From NCBI GenBank assembly GCA_036676985.1, contig JAKFBU010000027.1, forward strand, positions 64,001-128,000: DNA of 64,000 nt. The letters are read 5' to 3'. Made by a program: the position numbers and the translations under genes. A model generated the notes under the pieces. It was not told the DNA's origin. It was given only the letters and a program-made list of their open reading frames with translations, and ran no database searches. This document shows, piece after piece, positions 39,997 to 49,789 of the stretch (its first letter is position 1; each line of letters starts with the position of its first letter). This stretch comes from Candidatus Sericytochromatia bacterium (lineage in GTDB: Bacteria > Cyanobacteriota > Sericytochromatia > S15B-MN24 > UBA4093).

Positions 39997-42900
39997 TCAG
40001 TCGACGAGCGCCGCGACGGGCGACTCGTGCGGGGCGGCCGGTGGCCGCCGGCGGAAGATCCGCCGCATGAAGAACTCCTTCAGGTCGTCCAGGAGCGTGT
40101 AGGCCACGGGCACCACGACCAGCGTGAGGGCCGTCGAGGTGATGAGGCCCCCGATGACGACGACCGCCATGGGCGACCGGAACTCGGCGCCGGCGCCCAG
40201 GCCGAGGGCCATGGGCAGCATGCCGAGGACCATGGCCGCGGTGGTCATGAGGATGGGCCGGAGCCGCACCTGAGACGCCCGCAGCACCGCGTCGGTGCGC
40301 GTGAAGCCGCGATCGCGCATCGTGAGGATGAAGTCGACGATGAGGATCGCGTTCTTGGTGACGATGCCCATCAGCATGATGATGCCGATGAGCGACATCA
40401 TGCCGAGCTCCTTGCCGAACACCAGCAGGCCGAGCATGGCGCCGATGATGGCCAGGGGCAGCGAGAACATGATGGTGAACGGGTGCAGGAACGAGCTGAA
40501 CTGCAAGGCCAGGATGAAGAAGATGAGCGTGACGCCCATGATCATCGCCTGGCCGAAGCCCGAGAAGGAGTCCCGCTGCTGCTCGGCCTGGCCCGACATG
40601 TCGACGGTGACGGACGGAGGCAGCTGCATGGTGGGCAGGATCTGCTTCTCGATGAAGTCCGTGGCCGTGCCCACGCTGACGCCGGGCACCAGGTTGGCCG
40701 TCACCTGCACCAGGCGCTGGCGATCCTTGCGCTCGATCTGGGCGTAGCCGCCGCCCGGCTGCACCTCGGCCACGGCCCCCAGGGGAACCGAACCGCGCTG
40801 GCCCTGGATCGAGAGGCTCGTCAGCGAGTTCACGTCCTTGCGGTAGGCCGGATCGAGGCGCACCCAGACGTCGATCTCGTTGGGGCCGGCGGTCATGGTG
40901 TTGGGCGTGTCGCCGGTGGTCGCGAGGCGCAGGGTGTTGGCGAGCGCCATGGCCTGGATGCCGTTCTGCGCCATGCGGGCGCGGTCCGGCACGACGCGCA
41001 GCTCGTTGCGCTCCTGGCCGAGGCTCGTCTCCACGTCCGCGAACTTCTGGTTGGCATGCATGGCCGTGGCCAGCTTCTCGGAGTAGAGCCGCAGCTCCTC
41101 GAGGTTGTCCCCCTGCATGAGGATTTGAACGGGCTTGTTGCTGGCGCCCGCCACCATGCCCATCTCGTCGGCCATGACCTTGGCGCCGACCATGTTCGTG
41201 AACAGCTCGCGCGCCTCCTTGGCGATGACGGAGTCGGACTTCTTGCGCTCGTGCTTCTCGACCAGGTGCACCTCGATGCTCGCCTGGTCCACGTTGCCCG
41301 TCGAACCGATCATGACGAAGGCGTGCTTGACCTCGGGAATCGCCTTGACCTGGCGGGCCACGTCGTTGGCGACCCGGGCCGTCTCGGTGAGGACCGTGCC
41401 GGTGGGCAGCTTGACCCGCAGGAGGAACTGACCCCGGTCGGCGCTGCCCATGAAGCCCTTCTGGATGAAGGGCGTGAGGCCCATGCCGCCGATGAAGGCG
41501 ACGGTGGCGCCCACCACGACGACCCAGCGGTGCTTTAGGCACCAGGCGAGCAGACGCGGATAGCGGCCCGACAGGTCGCCGTCCTCGTCGTGACCCGCGT
41601 GACCGGGCTTGGGCTTGACCTTGAGGAGGTACGCCGAGAGCATCGGCGTCAGGGTTCGGGCGATGAGCAGCGAGAACAGGACCGAGAAGGTGACGGTCAG
41701 GCCGAAGCTGCGGAAGAACTTGCCGATGTAGCCCGTCATGAACGACATGGGCAGGAACACGCCCACGATGGTCATGGTCGTCGCCGTCACCGCGAGCTGG
41801 ATCTCGCCCGTGGCGTCGATGGCGGCCTTGAGGGGGGGCACCCCCTTCTCCATGTGCCGGTAGATGTTCTCGAGGTCCACGACCGCGTCGTCGACCAGGA
41901 TGCCCACCACCAGCGACAGGGCCATCATGGTGATGTTGTTGAACGAGAAGCCCATGAGGTTCATGGGGACGAAGGCCATGAAGATCGAGAGCGGAATCGC
42001 GAGGCCGCTGATGATCATGGCCATGACGTTGCGCAGGAAGACGAACAGCACCAGGACCGCGAGGATGGCCCCGATGATGAGGTGCTCCCAGACGGCGTGG
42101 TTGGACTGCTCGACGAAGTGGCTGGTGTCGGATGCCTTGACCACCGCCATTCCGGCGGGGAAGGCCTTCTCGAGCTCGGCGAGCTTCTCGTCGACCTTGC
42201 GGACCACCTCCAGCGAGTTGGCGTCGGTCTGCTTCATGACCGAGAAGAACACCGCCTCCTTGCCGTCGACCGAGGCGTAGGTGGTGCGGTCCTTCACCGT
42301 GTCGCGCACGGTGCCGAGATCCTTGAGCTGGACCTGGGCGCCGGTCGGAGAGGTCACGTAGAGGCGGCTCAGGTCCTCGACGCCCGTGAACTTGCCCATG
42401 GTGCGCAGGGACAGCTCACGGGGCAGGGCTTCGACCTTGCCGCCGGGCAAGTTGTAGTTCTCCGCCTGGATGGCCTGGAACACGCCCGGCAGGCTCAGGT
42501 TGTAGGTCTGCAGCCGCTCCGGGTTGAGCGCGACCTCGAAGGTGCGCTCGGCGTTGCCGAGCATCTGGATCTGGGCCACGCCCGTGATCTGCTCGAGCTT
42601 GGGCTTGATCACGTCCTTGATGTAGGTGGACAGGGCCACGTCGGTCATGTTGGCCGTGATCGTGTAGTTGACGATGGGCGCGTTGCTCGAGCTCCAGGTC
42701 ATGTAGGCCGGGGGCCGCACGTCCTTGGGAAGCTTGTAGAGGATGGCCGAGACCTTGTCCCGGACGTCACTCGCCGCGTTCTTGTTGTCCACCTCCAGCT
42801 CGAACTCGCACACGACGGTCGAGATGCCGTCCTTGGAGGTCGAGTGCAGGTTCTTGAGGCCGTTGATGCCCGCCAGGGCGTCCTCGATGGGCTTGGAGAC

Positions 42901-43137
42901 GAGGGTCTCGACCTCGGCCGGGGCGGCTCCCGGATACACCGTGTTGACGATGACCACCGGGAACTCGATGTTCGGAAACAGCTCCAGCGGCATGCGCGTG
43001 AACGAGCGGATCCCCAGCAGCGTCAGGATCAAGACGATGATGATCGTCGTGACCGGGTTCTTGATGAAGAAGGTGGAGAAGTTGTAGCTCTCCTGCTTCT
43101 CTCCGGGCTGTTCGAAGGCGCTATGCTCGTGGCTCAC
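39997..43137 (-). CDS. RND efflux permease (AcrB/SwrC-like)
   Basis: GILVDDAVV..ENI, RLRPILMTT, 1046 aa with 12-TM layout. Confidence 0.96.
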   Translation of the reverse strand: MSHEHSAFEQPGEKQESYNFSTFFIKNPVTTIIIVLILTLLGIRSFTRMPLELFPNIEFPVVIVNTVYPGAAPAEVETLVSKPIEDALAGINGLKNLHSTSKDGISTVVCEFELEVDNKNAASDVRDKVSAILYKLPKDVRPPAYMTWSSSNAPIVNYTITANMTDVALSTYIKDVIKPKLEQITGVAQIQMLGNAERTFEVALNPERLQTYNLSLPGVFQAIQAENYNLPGGKVEALPRELSLRTMGKFTGVEDLSRLYVTSPTGAQVQLKDLGTVRDTVKDRTTYASVDGKEAVFFSVMKQTDANSLEVVRKVDEKLAELEKAFPAGMAVVKASDTSHFVEQSNHAVWEHLIIGAILAVLVLFVFLRNVMAMIISGLAIPLSIFMAFVPMNLMGFSFNNITMMALSLVVGILVDDAVVDLENIYRHMEKGVPPLKAAIDATGEIQLAVTATTMTIVGVFLPMSFMTGYIGKFFRSFGLTVTFSVLFSLLIARTLTPMLSAYLLKVKPKPGHAGHDEDGDLSGRYPRLLAWCLKHRWVVVVGATVAFIGGMGLTPFIQKGFMGSADRGQFLLRVKLPTGTVLTETARVANDVARQVKAIPEVKHAFVMIGSTGNVDQASIEVHLVEKHERKKSDSVIAKEARELFTNMVGAKVMADEMGMVAGASNKPVQILMQGDNLEELRLYSEKLATAMHANQKFADVETSLGQERNELRVVPDRARMAQNGIQAMALANTLRLATTGDTPNTMTAGPNEIDVWVRLDPAYRKDVNSLTSLSIQGQRGSVPLGAVAEVQPGGGYAQIERKDRQRLVQVTANLVPGVSVGTATDFIEKQILPTMQLPPSVTVDMSGQAEQQRDSFSGFGQAMIMGVTLIFFILALQFSSFLHPFTIMFSLPLAIIGAMLGLLVFGKELGMMSLIGIIMLMGIVTKNAILIVDFILTMRDRGFTRTDAVLRASQVRLRPILMTTAAMVLGMLPMALGLGAGAEFRSPMAVVVIGGLITSTALTLVVVPVAYTLLDDLKEFFMRRIFRRRPPAAPHESPVAALVD

Positions 43138-44222
43138 TGGACGCCTCCTCCGACCGCGATCGGGTCACCGTTCTTGACGAAGGCCGCACCCTCGGTGATG
43201 ACGGGCGCGCCGGGCTGCAGGCCCGAGGTGACCTCCACCAGCTCGCCGGAGCGCAGGCCCGTGGTGACGACCACGCGCTCCGCCTTGCCGCCGGTGGCCA
43301 GGTAGACGATCTGCTCGGCGCCGTCGGTCAGGATGGCGGTGCCGGGCACGGCCAGGACGTTCTGGGTGGGGCCCGCGACGGTGCCGTTGACGTTCATGCC
43401 GACCTTGAGGCGGCCGGTCTGGGCGAGGTCCACCTTGACGGTGATGAGGCGGGTCTGCGGGTCGACCATCGGGGCGATCTCGCTGATCCGGCCCACGAAG
43501 GCCTCGCCTGGCAGGGCGACGCTCGTGACCGTCACGCGGCCGCCCTCGCGCACCAGCCCCAGGTCGCGCTCGGCGACGGGCAGCTTGGCCTGCAGGGACC
43601 CCGCCTGGGCGACGGTGACGATGGAGGTCGAGGGGCCCGCCATGGCGCCCACGTCGAGGCCCTTGGCGATGACGACGCCCGAAATGGGGCTCGTGATGGT
43701 CGCGTTGGCGAGCTGGCTCTCCATCAGGCTGATGGCGGCCTTGGCCTGCTTGACCTGGCTCGAGGCCACCTTGGCCTGGGTCTCGGCGGCCTTGAGCTGC
43801 TGCTGGCTGATGACGCCTTCGGTGGCGAGCTCGCGCATGCGCGAGAGGTTGTCCTCGGCCTGGTCCCGGTTGGCCTCGGCGCTGATGAGCGCGCTCTTCT
43901 GCTGCTGCAGCTGCCAGCCGAGCTCCGGCGTCTCGAGCACGGCGATCGTCTCGCCCTTGCGGACGCGGCTGCCTTCCTCGACCCGGAGCTCGAGAATGCG
44001 CCCGGAGGTCTTGGGCATGACGTTGACCTGGGACTTGGCGATGAGGGTGCCGTTCACCACGAGGTCCTTGGACATGGGGCGGGTGGTGGCGGGGACCGTC
44101 GCCACGGCCACCGGAGCCCGCGCGGCCTCCTGGTTCGTGTCCGCCTTGGGGCCGCGGCAGCCCACGACCAAGGTCACGGCCAGCGCGATCGACAGCCACG
44201 CAACTTTCTTCTGCACGATCAA
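43134..44222 (-). CDS. RND periplasmic adaptor (MFP), lipoprotein
   Basis: Lipobox VVGC, lipoyl half-motifs VEEGSRVRKG and ITSPISG, VDPQTR. Confidence 0.94.
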   Translation of the reverse strand: MIVQKKVAWLSIALAVTLVVGCRGPKADTNQEAARAPVAVATVPATTRPMSKDLVVNGTLIAKSQVNVMPKTSGRILELRVEEGSRVRKGETIAVLETPELGWQLQQQKSALISAEANRDQAEDNLSRMRELATEGVISQQQLKAAETQAKVASSQVKQAKAAISLMESQLANATITSPISGVVIAKGLDVGAMAGPSTSIVTVAQAGSLQAKLPVAERDLGLVREGGRVTVTSVALPGEAFVGRISEIAPMVDPQTRLITVKVDLAQTGRLKVGMNVNGTVAGPTQNVLAVPGTAILTDGAEQIVYLATGGKAERVVVTTGLRSGELVEVTSGLQPGAPVITEGAAFVKNGDPIAVGGGVQ

Positions 44223-44231
44223 GTTCCCTTT

Positions 44232-45620
44232 CTAAAGCCCCGGCCGCGTCGCCGTCCTGAGGTCCACCCCCAGGGCCTGCGCCACGCGCACCTCGGCCGC
44301 CTGTAGATCGTTATTCGCCTGGACGTAGGTATTTTGCGCCTGCACCAGCATCGTCTGGGCGTCGATGACTTCGTAACCCGTGCCGACGCCCGCATTGTAC
44401 CGCACTTGGGCCATCCGGTAGGACTCCTGCGAGACCTGGAGCCCCTTTTGGGCGATCCGGAGGCGATCGCGGGCGTCCTGGCGCGATAGGAGGGCGTTCT
44501 GGATGTCCATGCTCAGCTGCCGACGGGCGTTCTCGATGTTGAGGTCCGTCTGGCGGAGGTCCTGCTCGCTGGAGCGGACCTTGGCGTCGGCCTTGCCCCA
44601 GTCGATGAGGTTCCACTGCAAGGCCCCCAGGACCATGAAGGTCCGGCCGGTGCCGAGGCCTTGCTGGCTGTACTGTGCCTGGGCCTGGGCCTTGGGCATG
44701 TTGGCCGTGCGGTTCAGGTCCACGGTCGCCTCGTCCATCCGCCGCTTCAGTTGCAGCGTCTGGAGCTCGGGGCGGTTGGCGATCGCCGGTCCCAGGTCGT
44801 CCTCCAGGCCGAAGCCGACGGAGGCGAGGTTCAGCGAAGGCGACAGCGGACGGTTGCCAACGGGCTCGCCGAGCACGTTGGCGAGGTTCAGCCGGGCGAT
44901 CTCGACGCCGTTGGTGGTGCTTCTGAGCTGGCCCTGGACGTTGGCGAGCTGGCTTTCGGCCTGCAGCACGTCGAAGCGGGTGCCGGTGCCCGCGCGCTCG
45001 CGGACCTGGGCGGCCGCCACGTGGGACTGGGCCTGCTCGACCGCGCGCAGGGAGACCTCGCGCAGGCCTTCGGCGCGCAGCACCTGCACGTAGGCGTTGG
45101 CGGCGTCGTAGCTGGCCTTGCGGCGCTGGTTGGCGATGTCCACCCGGTTCATCTTGACCGAGGCGTCCGCGATCTTGAGGGCGTTGGCGGTCTGGAAGCC
45201 GTCGAAGAGCACCTGGGAGACCGAGAGCTGGGTCTGGATCATGTTGAAGGTGCTGCCGGCGCCGAAGCCCCCCAGGCCTCCGACTCCGCTCAGGCCGCCG
45301 AGTCCGCCGAGGCCCCCGAGCCCGCCGAGGCCGCCCAGCCCCCCCAGGCCGCCCATGCCGAGGCCGGCCGAGGCGCCCGCGTCGATCTGGCGGTAGCTAA
45401 GAGCGCTCGTCGTCAGGGAGAGCTGTGGATAGAGGCCCGCGTAGGTCTGCGAGATCTGGGTCTCGGACTGCGCGAGCTTGGCCTCGCTGACGGCGACCGA
45501 CAGGCTGTTGCGCTGCGCGATCTCGAGGGCCTGGTCGAGCGTGAGGGTCGCCTGGGCATAGGCGGCCGGCTGTGCGACGGCGACGAGTGCCGCCGCGGCG
45601 AGGATGGGAGGCAGCCTCAT
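44232..45620 (-). CDS. TolC family outer-membrane channel with a (GGL)n insertion
   Basis: Signal peptide, LTLDQAL, LFDG, RYNAGVG..EVIDAQ repeats. Confidence 0.93.
   Translation of the reverse strand: MRLPPILAAAALVAVAQPAAYAQATLTLDQALEIAQRNSLSVAVSEAKLAQSETQISQTYAGLYPQLSLTTSALSYRQIDAGASAGLGMGGLGGLGGLGGLGGLGGLGGLSGVGGLGGFGAGSTFNMIQTQLSVSQVLFDGFQTANALKIADASVKMNRVDIANQRRKASYDAANAYVQVLRAEGLREVSLRAVEQAQSHVAAAQVRERAGTGTRFDVLQAESQLANVQGQLRSTTNGVEIARLNLANVLGEPVGNRPLSPSLNLASVGFGLEDDLGPAIANRPELQTLQLKRRMDEATVDLNRTANMPKAQAQAQYSQQGLGTGRTFMVLGALQWNLIDWGKADAKVRSSEQDLRQTDLNIENARRQLSMDIQNALLSRQDARDRLRIAQKGLQVSQESYRMAQVRYNAGVGTGYEVIDAQTMLVQAQNTYVQANNDLQAAEVRVAQALGVDLRTATRPGL
45261..45365 (-). repeat. In-frame 9-nt degenerate repeat encoding (GGL)n
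   Basis: GLGMGGLGGLGGLGGLGGLGGLGGLSGVGGLGGFG with synonymous variation. Confidence 0.9.
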
Positions 45621-46621
45621 GGCGTCACCCGTTCGGGGTGGTACGAGAGCCCGAGCCCGTAGACGTTCGCGAAGTCATCGTAGGTGCTGCCCGCTCCGAA
45701 GTGGCGCGTGTAGCTGAGGTCGGCGCGCAGGCCCGGGAACAGGTTGTAGCCGAGCGTGAGGCCCGCCTCTCCCCAGTGCGGCGACGCGGGCGCCTGCGGG
45801 GCGGTCGTCACCGTCACCGCCGCCCAGGGCACGTACATGCCGTGGGCGATGACCTCGAAGGCGCCGATCCGGGTGCCGGCGTCGAGCGCGAGGCCCAGGC
45901 CCTGGCGCGTCTGGGCGTAGTCGGCCGTGGTGCCGGTCCATGGCGTGGTGCCGCTCGGCGTCAGGTAGTAGTTGCTGAGCAGGACCTGGGGCAGCAACTC
46001 GAAGCCGCCGAGCCCGAGCACGTAGCCGGCCGAGAGGTTCCACTGGGTGGTCTCGAGGGCGGGGGCGGGGTTCGGCTGGGTGGCGGCCGGACCGATGCTC
46101 ACGGGCGCCTTGACGCGGAAGCCCGTGAGGCCGAGGGCCCAGTCGTTGACGCGGTAGCGCGCCTCGCCGGCGAACTCGTTGTTGGCCCAGCCCGTCACGC
46201 TGCGGCCGCTCGAGGCGAGGTACTGGTCCCGCACGCGGTAGGACAGGCCGACCTGGGTGTCGAAGAGCCGATAGACGCCGATGGCGGCCTCGGGGGCGAC
46301 GGGCACGAAACCGGGGCGGTAGGTCGGCACCGGCCGCATGACGATGGTCTGGGCGGCCGAGACGGGGACCTCCTGGCTGAGGAAGCCGACGCCCGAGATG
46401 ACGAGCACCTGGCGGCCATTGGGATCGAGGCGCAGGGTGTACTGCCCGCGCGCGTCGGTGGTGGCCGAGGCGATGGCCCCCTGCTGCTGGACGAACAGGT
46501 TCGGGACGGGCTTGCCGTCGGGGCCCTGGACGCGGCCGGTCACGGTGACGTCGGCGGCGAAAGCGGGGGCGGCGAGGCTCAGGCCGAGCCCCATGGCGAA
46601 TAGGGTGGTGAAGGGTCGCAT
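45617..46621 (-). CDS. Secreted/outer-membrane protein: carboxypeptidase-regulatory-like domain plus beta-barrel
   Basis: Signal peptide, VTGRV..PDGKPVP..TTDARGQY, C-terminal YGLGLSY. Confidence 0.78.
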   Translation of the reverse strand: MRPFTTLFAMGLGLSLAAPAFAADVTVTGRVQGPDGKPVPNLFVQQQGAIASATTDARGQYTLRLDPNGRQVLVISGVGFLSQEVPVSAAQTIVMRPVPTYRPGFVPVAPEAAIGVYRLFDTQVGLSYRVRDQYLASSGRSVTGWANNEFAGEARYRVNDWALGLTGFRVKAPVSIGPAATQPNPAPALETTQWNLSAGYVLGLGGFELLPQVLLSNYYLTPSGTTPWTGTTADYAQTRQGLGLALDAGTRIGAFEVIAHGMYVPWAAVTVTTAPQAPASPHWGEAGLTLGYNLFPGLRADLSYTRHFGAGSTYDDFANVYGLGLSYHPERVTP

Positions 46622-46631
46622 GCTTTCCTCG

Positions 46632-47009
46632 TTACTGGAACGTGACCTGGGCGACCGCGACGTGATCGTTGTCGAGCACGAAGGACATGGTGGCCTGGTT
46701 CGAATTCATGGGGCGAAGCGGGGCCGTATTGGGAATGGCCGTGACGAGGTTGCTGCCCGTCGCAGACAGCGGGTAGGCGATGTTGTTGACGATCACCTTG
46801 ACGCTCGAGACCGACTGCCAGACGGCAGGGCGCGTGAAGCTGAGCGAGAGGGACTGACCGGTGGCGGTCACGTTGCTCGTCTCGGTGAGCGTGGTGGTCG
46901 GGACCTGCGCGGCGTCGCGCTGGCCCAGGTCGGCCCGGTAAGCGAGGCCCGAGTCGCAGCCCGCCAGCAAGAGGGCGGCCAGCGACGCGGTGAGGCATGG
47001 CTTGAACAT
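46632..47009 (-). CDS. Small beta-rich lipoprotein
   Basis: Lipobox LAGC; first gene of the efflux operon. Confidence 0.8.
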   Translation of the reverse strand: MFKPCLTASLAALLLAGCDSGLAYRADLGQRDAAQVPTTTLTETSNVTATGQSLSLSFTRPAVWQSVSSVKVIVNNIAYPLSATGSNLVTAIPNTAPLRPMNSNQATMSFVLDNDHVAVAQVTFQ

Positions 47010-47273
47010 GGTGGGGATCCTTTCGCCGGGAGCAGGGACAAGAGGCAGGCCAAAAAGTTTTACCGAAGTCTATGTTTAGGCTAGGCCGAGCCCCGATGAC
47101 TGTCAAGCCTCGGACGCGCCGGTTTCAAATCTTTACGCGGCCGATCCGGGCCCCGGGCGCTTAGCACGCGACGAAGGGTTGCGTAATGTGACCGTCATGC
47201 GCCGGTTTAACGGATGCAAAACGCTTCTTTTACATTGAGAGTCGTCGCCCCGGATCGAGGAAAGGAGCTTTCA

Positions 47274-47426
47274 ATGTTACGAGTGGATGCCTTCCTGAGC
47301 GCGAGCGATTACCCCGGTCATCGTCCGCAGCCCCTCCCGCGTCCCATGCCCAAGGAGCCCGCCAAGGCTGGTCAGTCCCTCAGCTTCGAAGAGGTCCTGC
47401 GGCAGGTCCAGCGCACCGGCCGCTAA
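47274..47426 (+). CDS. 50-aa small protein
   Basis: AAAGGAG RBS; Pro-rich linker then SLSFEEVLRQ helix. Confidence 0.6.
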   Translation: MLRVDAFLSASDYPGHRPQPLPRPMPKEPAKAGQSLSFEEVLRQVQRTGR

Positions 47427-47461
47427 GTCGGATCACCTCTCCAGCGTGGGATGCGCCCAGA

Positions 47462-49789
47462 TCAGGTGAGCAGACTCGCGAGCGAGGCACGGGCCATGCG
47501 CTCCCGGTAGGCCCGCTGCTCCATGGCCGTCTGATAGGAGCGCAGGTGCCGGAGCGGGATGTCGCTCGCAGGGGCCTTGAGCACGGACCATTCGTTTCCC
47601 CGCTCGACCAGGATGCCGGCCTCGCGGAAGATGGCGAGCGCCGTGAGGCCCGTCAAGGGCGATTCGTCGGCGATCCGCATGGCGAGTTCCCGTAACGACG
47701 CATGGGGCTCGTCGGCCAGCGCGAAGTAGAATTGCTGCAGCCAGGTGGGGGTGATGTCGGGCTCGTCCGCCGCGTCCCCCCATGCGAGCACCAGCCGGGT
47801 GGCGCGTCCGCGCAGGATGGTCCAGGCCATCTCGTCGCACGGCACGTCCACGCAGAGCACCACCCCGGGGTCCGCGACCAGACCCGTCGCCGGGCCGGTG
47901 AACCCGGCCCCGGAGGCCTGCATCGCCGCGACGAGCCTGGGATCCAGGCGTTCCACCCCGCCCCGGTTGGCGTAGACCGTGACCCGGGTGCCCGGCGCGA
48001 GCTCGTCCAGGATCCGCCAGGGGGCGTCGCCCCGCCGATCCTCGACCGGGGCGATCGCCCGGCTCGACGTCACCTCGAGCTCGACGGGCGCCGGCGCCTC
48101 GGCGGGCTCGATGCGCTGGGCCAAGTATTGAAGCGATCGCTGCCCCCGGAAGACGTTGATCTGCGGCTGGTACCACAGGTGGACCCAGCCCTTGCCCAGG
48201 GTCTCGATGGGGTGCGGCACGTCCTCGGAAGGCCGCCAGACGATCACCTCGCGTACGTCCCGGCCGTCGTCGATCTGTAGGGCCACCCGCTTGCCATGTT
48301 GGCGCTTGCCAAGCAGCCGGGCATGCGTGAGCCCGAACACGGGCGCCGGGTTCTTCTGCCCGAAGGGCTCGAGGGTCTCCAGATGGCCCAAGAGTGCCTC
48401 GTCCGCCTCGCGGAAGGGCAACAGGGCATCCAGCCACACGATGTCCGCGGGTCGGGTCCAACCGACGTCTGCGACGTAGCGGTTGAGGGCGGCGCGCAGG
48501 GGGCCGAGCTCCTCTTCCATGGCCGAGCAGCCGGCGGCCTGCGCATGCCCGCCGAAGCCCAGGAGGTGTTCCCGACAGGCGTGCAGGGCCTCGTAGAGAT
48601 GCAGGCCTTCGGGGCTGCGCCCGGATCCCTTCCAGACGCCATGGCCGTGGTCCGAGAAGAGCAGGACCGGGACCCGGTAGCGCTCCTTGATGCGGCCCGC
48701 GACGATGCCCGTGATGCCGTGGTGGTAGCGGGCATCGGCCAGGACCACGAAGGGCTCGGCGTCCAGATCGAGCTCGCGCTCGATCCGGGCGAGGATTTCT
48801 CCTTCCAGCTCCGCATTGAGCTCCCGGCGCTGGGCGTTGATCTGGTCCAGCTCCGCGGCATGGCGCTGGGCCTCCGCTCCGTCGTTGGTGGCCAGGAGCC
48901 TGAAGCCCACGTCCGGCGTCTCCAGCCGGCCGGCGGCGTTGAGGCGGGGCCCGAAGCGGAAGCCGATGTGCTGCGGCGAGAAGTCGGGCCAGTTGATGCG
49001 CGTGATCTCACCCAGCGCCCGCACGCCGGGCAGCATCTTGCCGGAGCGCATGCGCTCGATGCCCGCCCAGACGAGGGGACGGTTGGGGCCGTTGAGCGGC
49101 ACCATGTCCGCCACCGTGCCGATGGCTACCAGATCCAGGAAGGTCTCCATGCGGCTCGTGAACCCGCCCTCGAGGGCCAGCGTCAGGAGGTAGGCCACCC
49201 CAACTCCCGCCATGTCCTTGAGGTGCGCGAACTCCACCTGCGGGTGGACGATCGAGTAGACGTTCGGCAGCTCCTCGGGCACCTGGTGGTGGTCCGTGAC
49301 GATGAGGTCGATACCACATGCCTGCGCGGCGGCGGCAGCCGGATGGGCCGAGATGCCGTTGTCGCAGGTGACGATGACCTTGACGCCCTCGGCGGCGAGA
49401 CGCTCGACGGCCGCCGGCGTGACGCCGTAGCCGTCTTTGAAGCGATCGGGCAGGTACGCGCGGGCGTTGGCTTTCATGCCCCGGGCGAGGTAGCGGTAGA
49501 GCAGGGTCGAGGACGTCACGCCGTCGCAGTCGTAGTCCCCGTAGATGACCATGGCCTCCTGTCGATCGACGGCCTGCCGGATCCGGGCGACGGCACGCTC
49601 CATGCCTGCCGTGGCGATCGGAGCCTTCAGGTAGTCGAGCGAGTCGCGGCTCGCCAGAAAGGCGCGCGCCACCTCCGGGGTGGTGAAGCCCCGGAGCCAC
49701 ATGACACGGGCAACGGCCCGCGGCAGGCCGAGGGCGCTCGCGAGCCGATCGACCTCCGTCTCGTCGGCGGGTCTGATGAGCCAGGTCAT
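47462..49789 (-). CDS. recJ: Single-stranded-DNA exonuclease RecJ with C-terminal extension
   Basis: YGDYDCDG, DRFKDGYG, TCDNG, TDHH, GTVAD, PRLNAAGR, FGGHAQAAG, LEPFGQKNP. Confidence 0.96.
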   Translation of the reverse strand: MTWLIRPADETEVDRLASALGLPRAVARVMWLRGFTTPEVARAFLASRDSLDYLKAPIATAGMERAVARIRQAVDRQEAMVIYGDYDCDGVTSSTLLYRYLARGMKANARAYLPDRFKDGYGVTPAAVERLAAEGVKVIVTCDNGISAHPAAAAAQACGIDLIVTDHHQVPEELPNVYSIVHPQVEFAHLKDMAGVGVAYLLTLALEGGFTSRMETFLDLVAIGTVADMVPLNGPNRPLVWAGIERMRSGKMLPGVRALGEITRINWPDFSPQHIGFRFGPRLNAAGRLETPDVGFRLLATNDGAEAQRHAAELDQINAQRRELNAELEGEILARIERELDLDAEPFVVLADARYHHGITGIVAGRIKERYRVPVLLFSDHGHGVWKGSGRSPEGLHLYEALHACREHLLGFGGHAQAAGCSAMEEELGPLRAALNRYVADVGWTRPADIVWLDALLPFREADEALLGHLETLEPFGQKNPAPVFGLTHARLLGKRQHGKRVALQIDDGRDVREVIVWRPSEDVPHPIETLGKGWVHLWYQPQINVFRGQRSLQYLAQRIEPAEAPAPVELEVTSSRAIAPVEDRRGDAPWRILDELAPGTRVTVYANRGGVERLDPRLVAAMQASGAGFTGPATGLVADPGVVLCVDVPCDEMAWTILRGRATRLVLAWGDAADEPDITPTWLQQFYFALADEPHASLRELAMRIADESPLTGLTALAIFREAGILVERGNEWSVLKAPASDIPLRHLRSYQTAMEQRAYRERMARASLASLLT

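Noticed and set aside
38236-41538. 1100-aa plus-strand ORF, and similar long ORFs at 6790-9186, 34578-36476 and 50634-53057
   Set aside because: Shadow frames antisense to real genes, expected at this GC content and codon bias; no motifs
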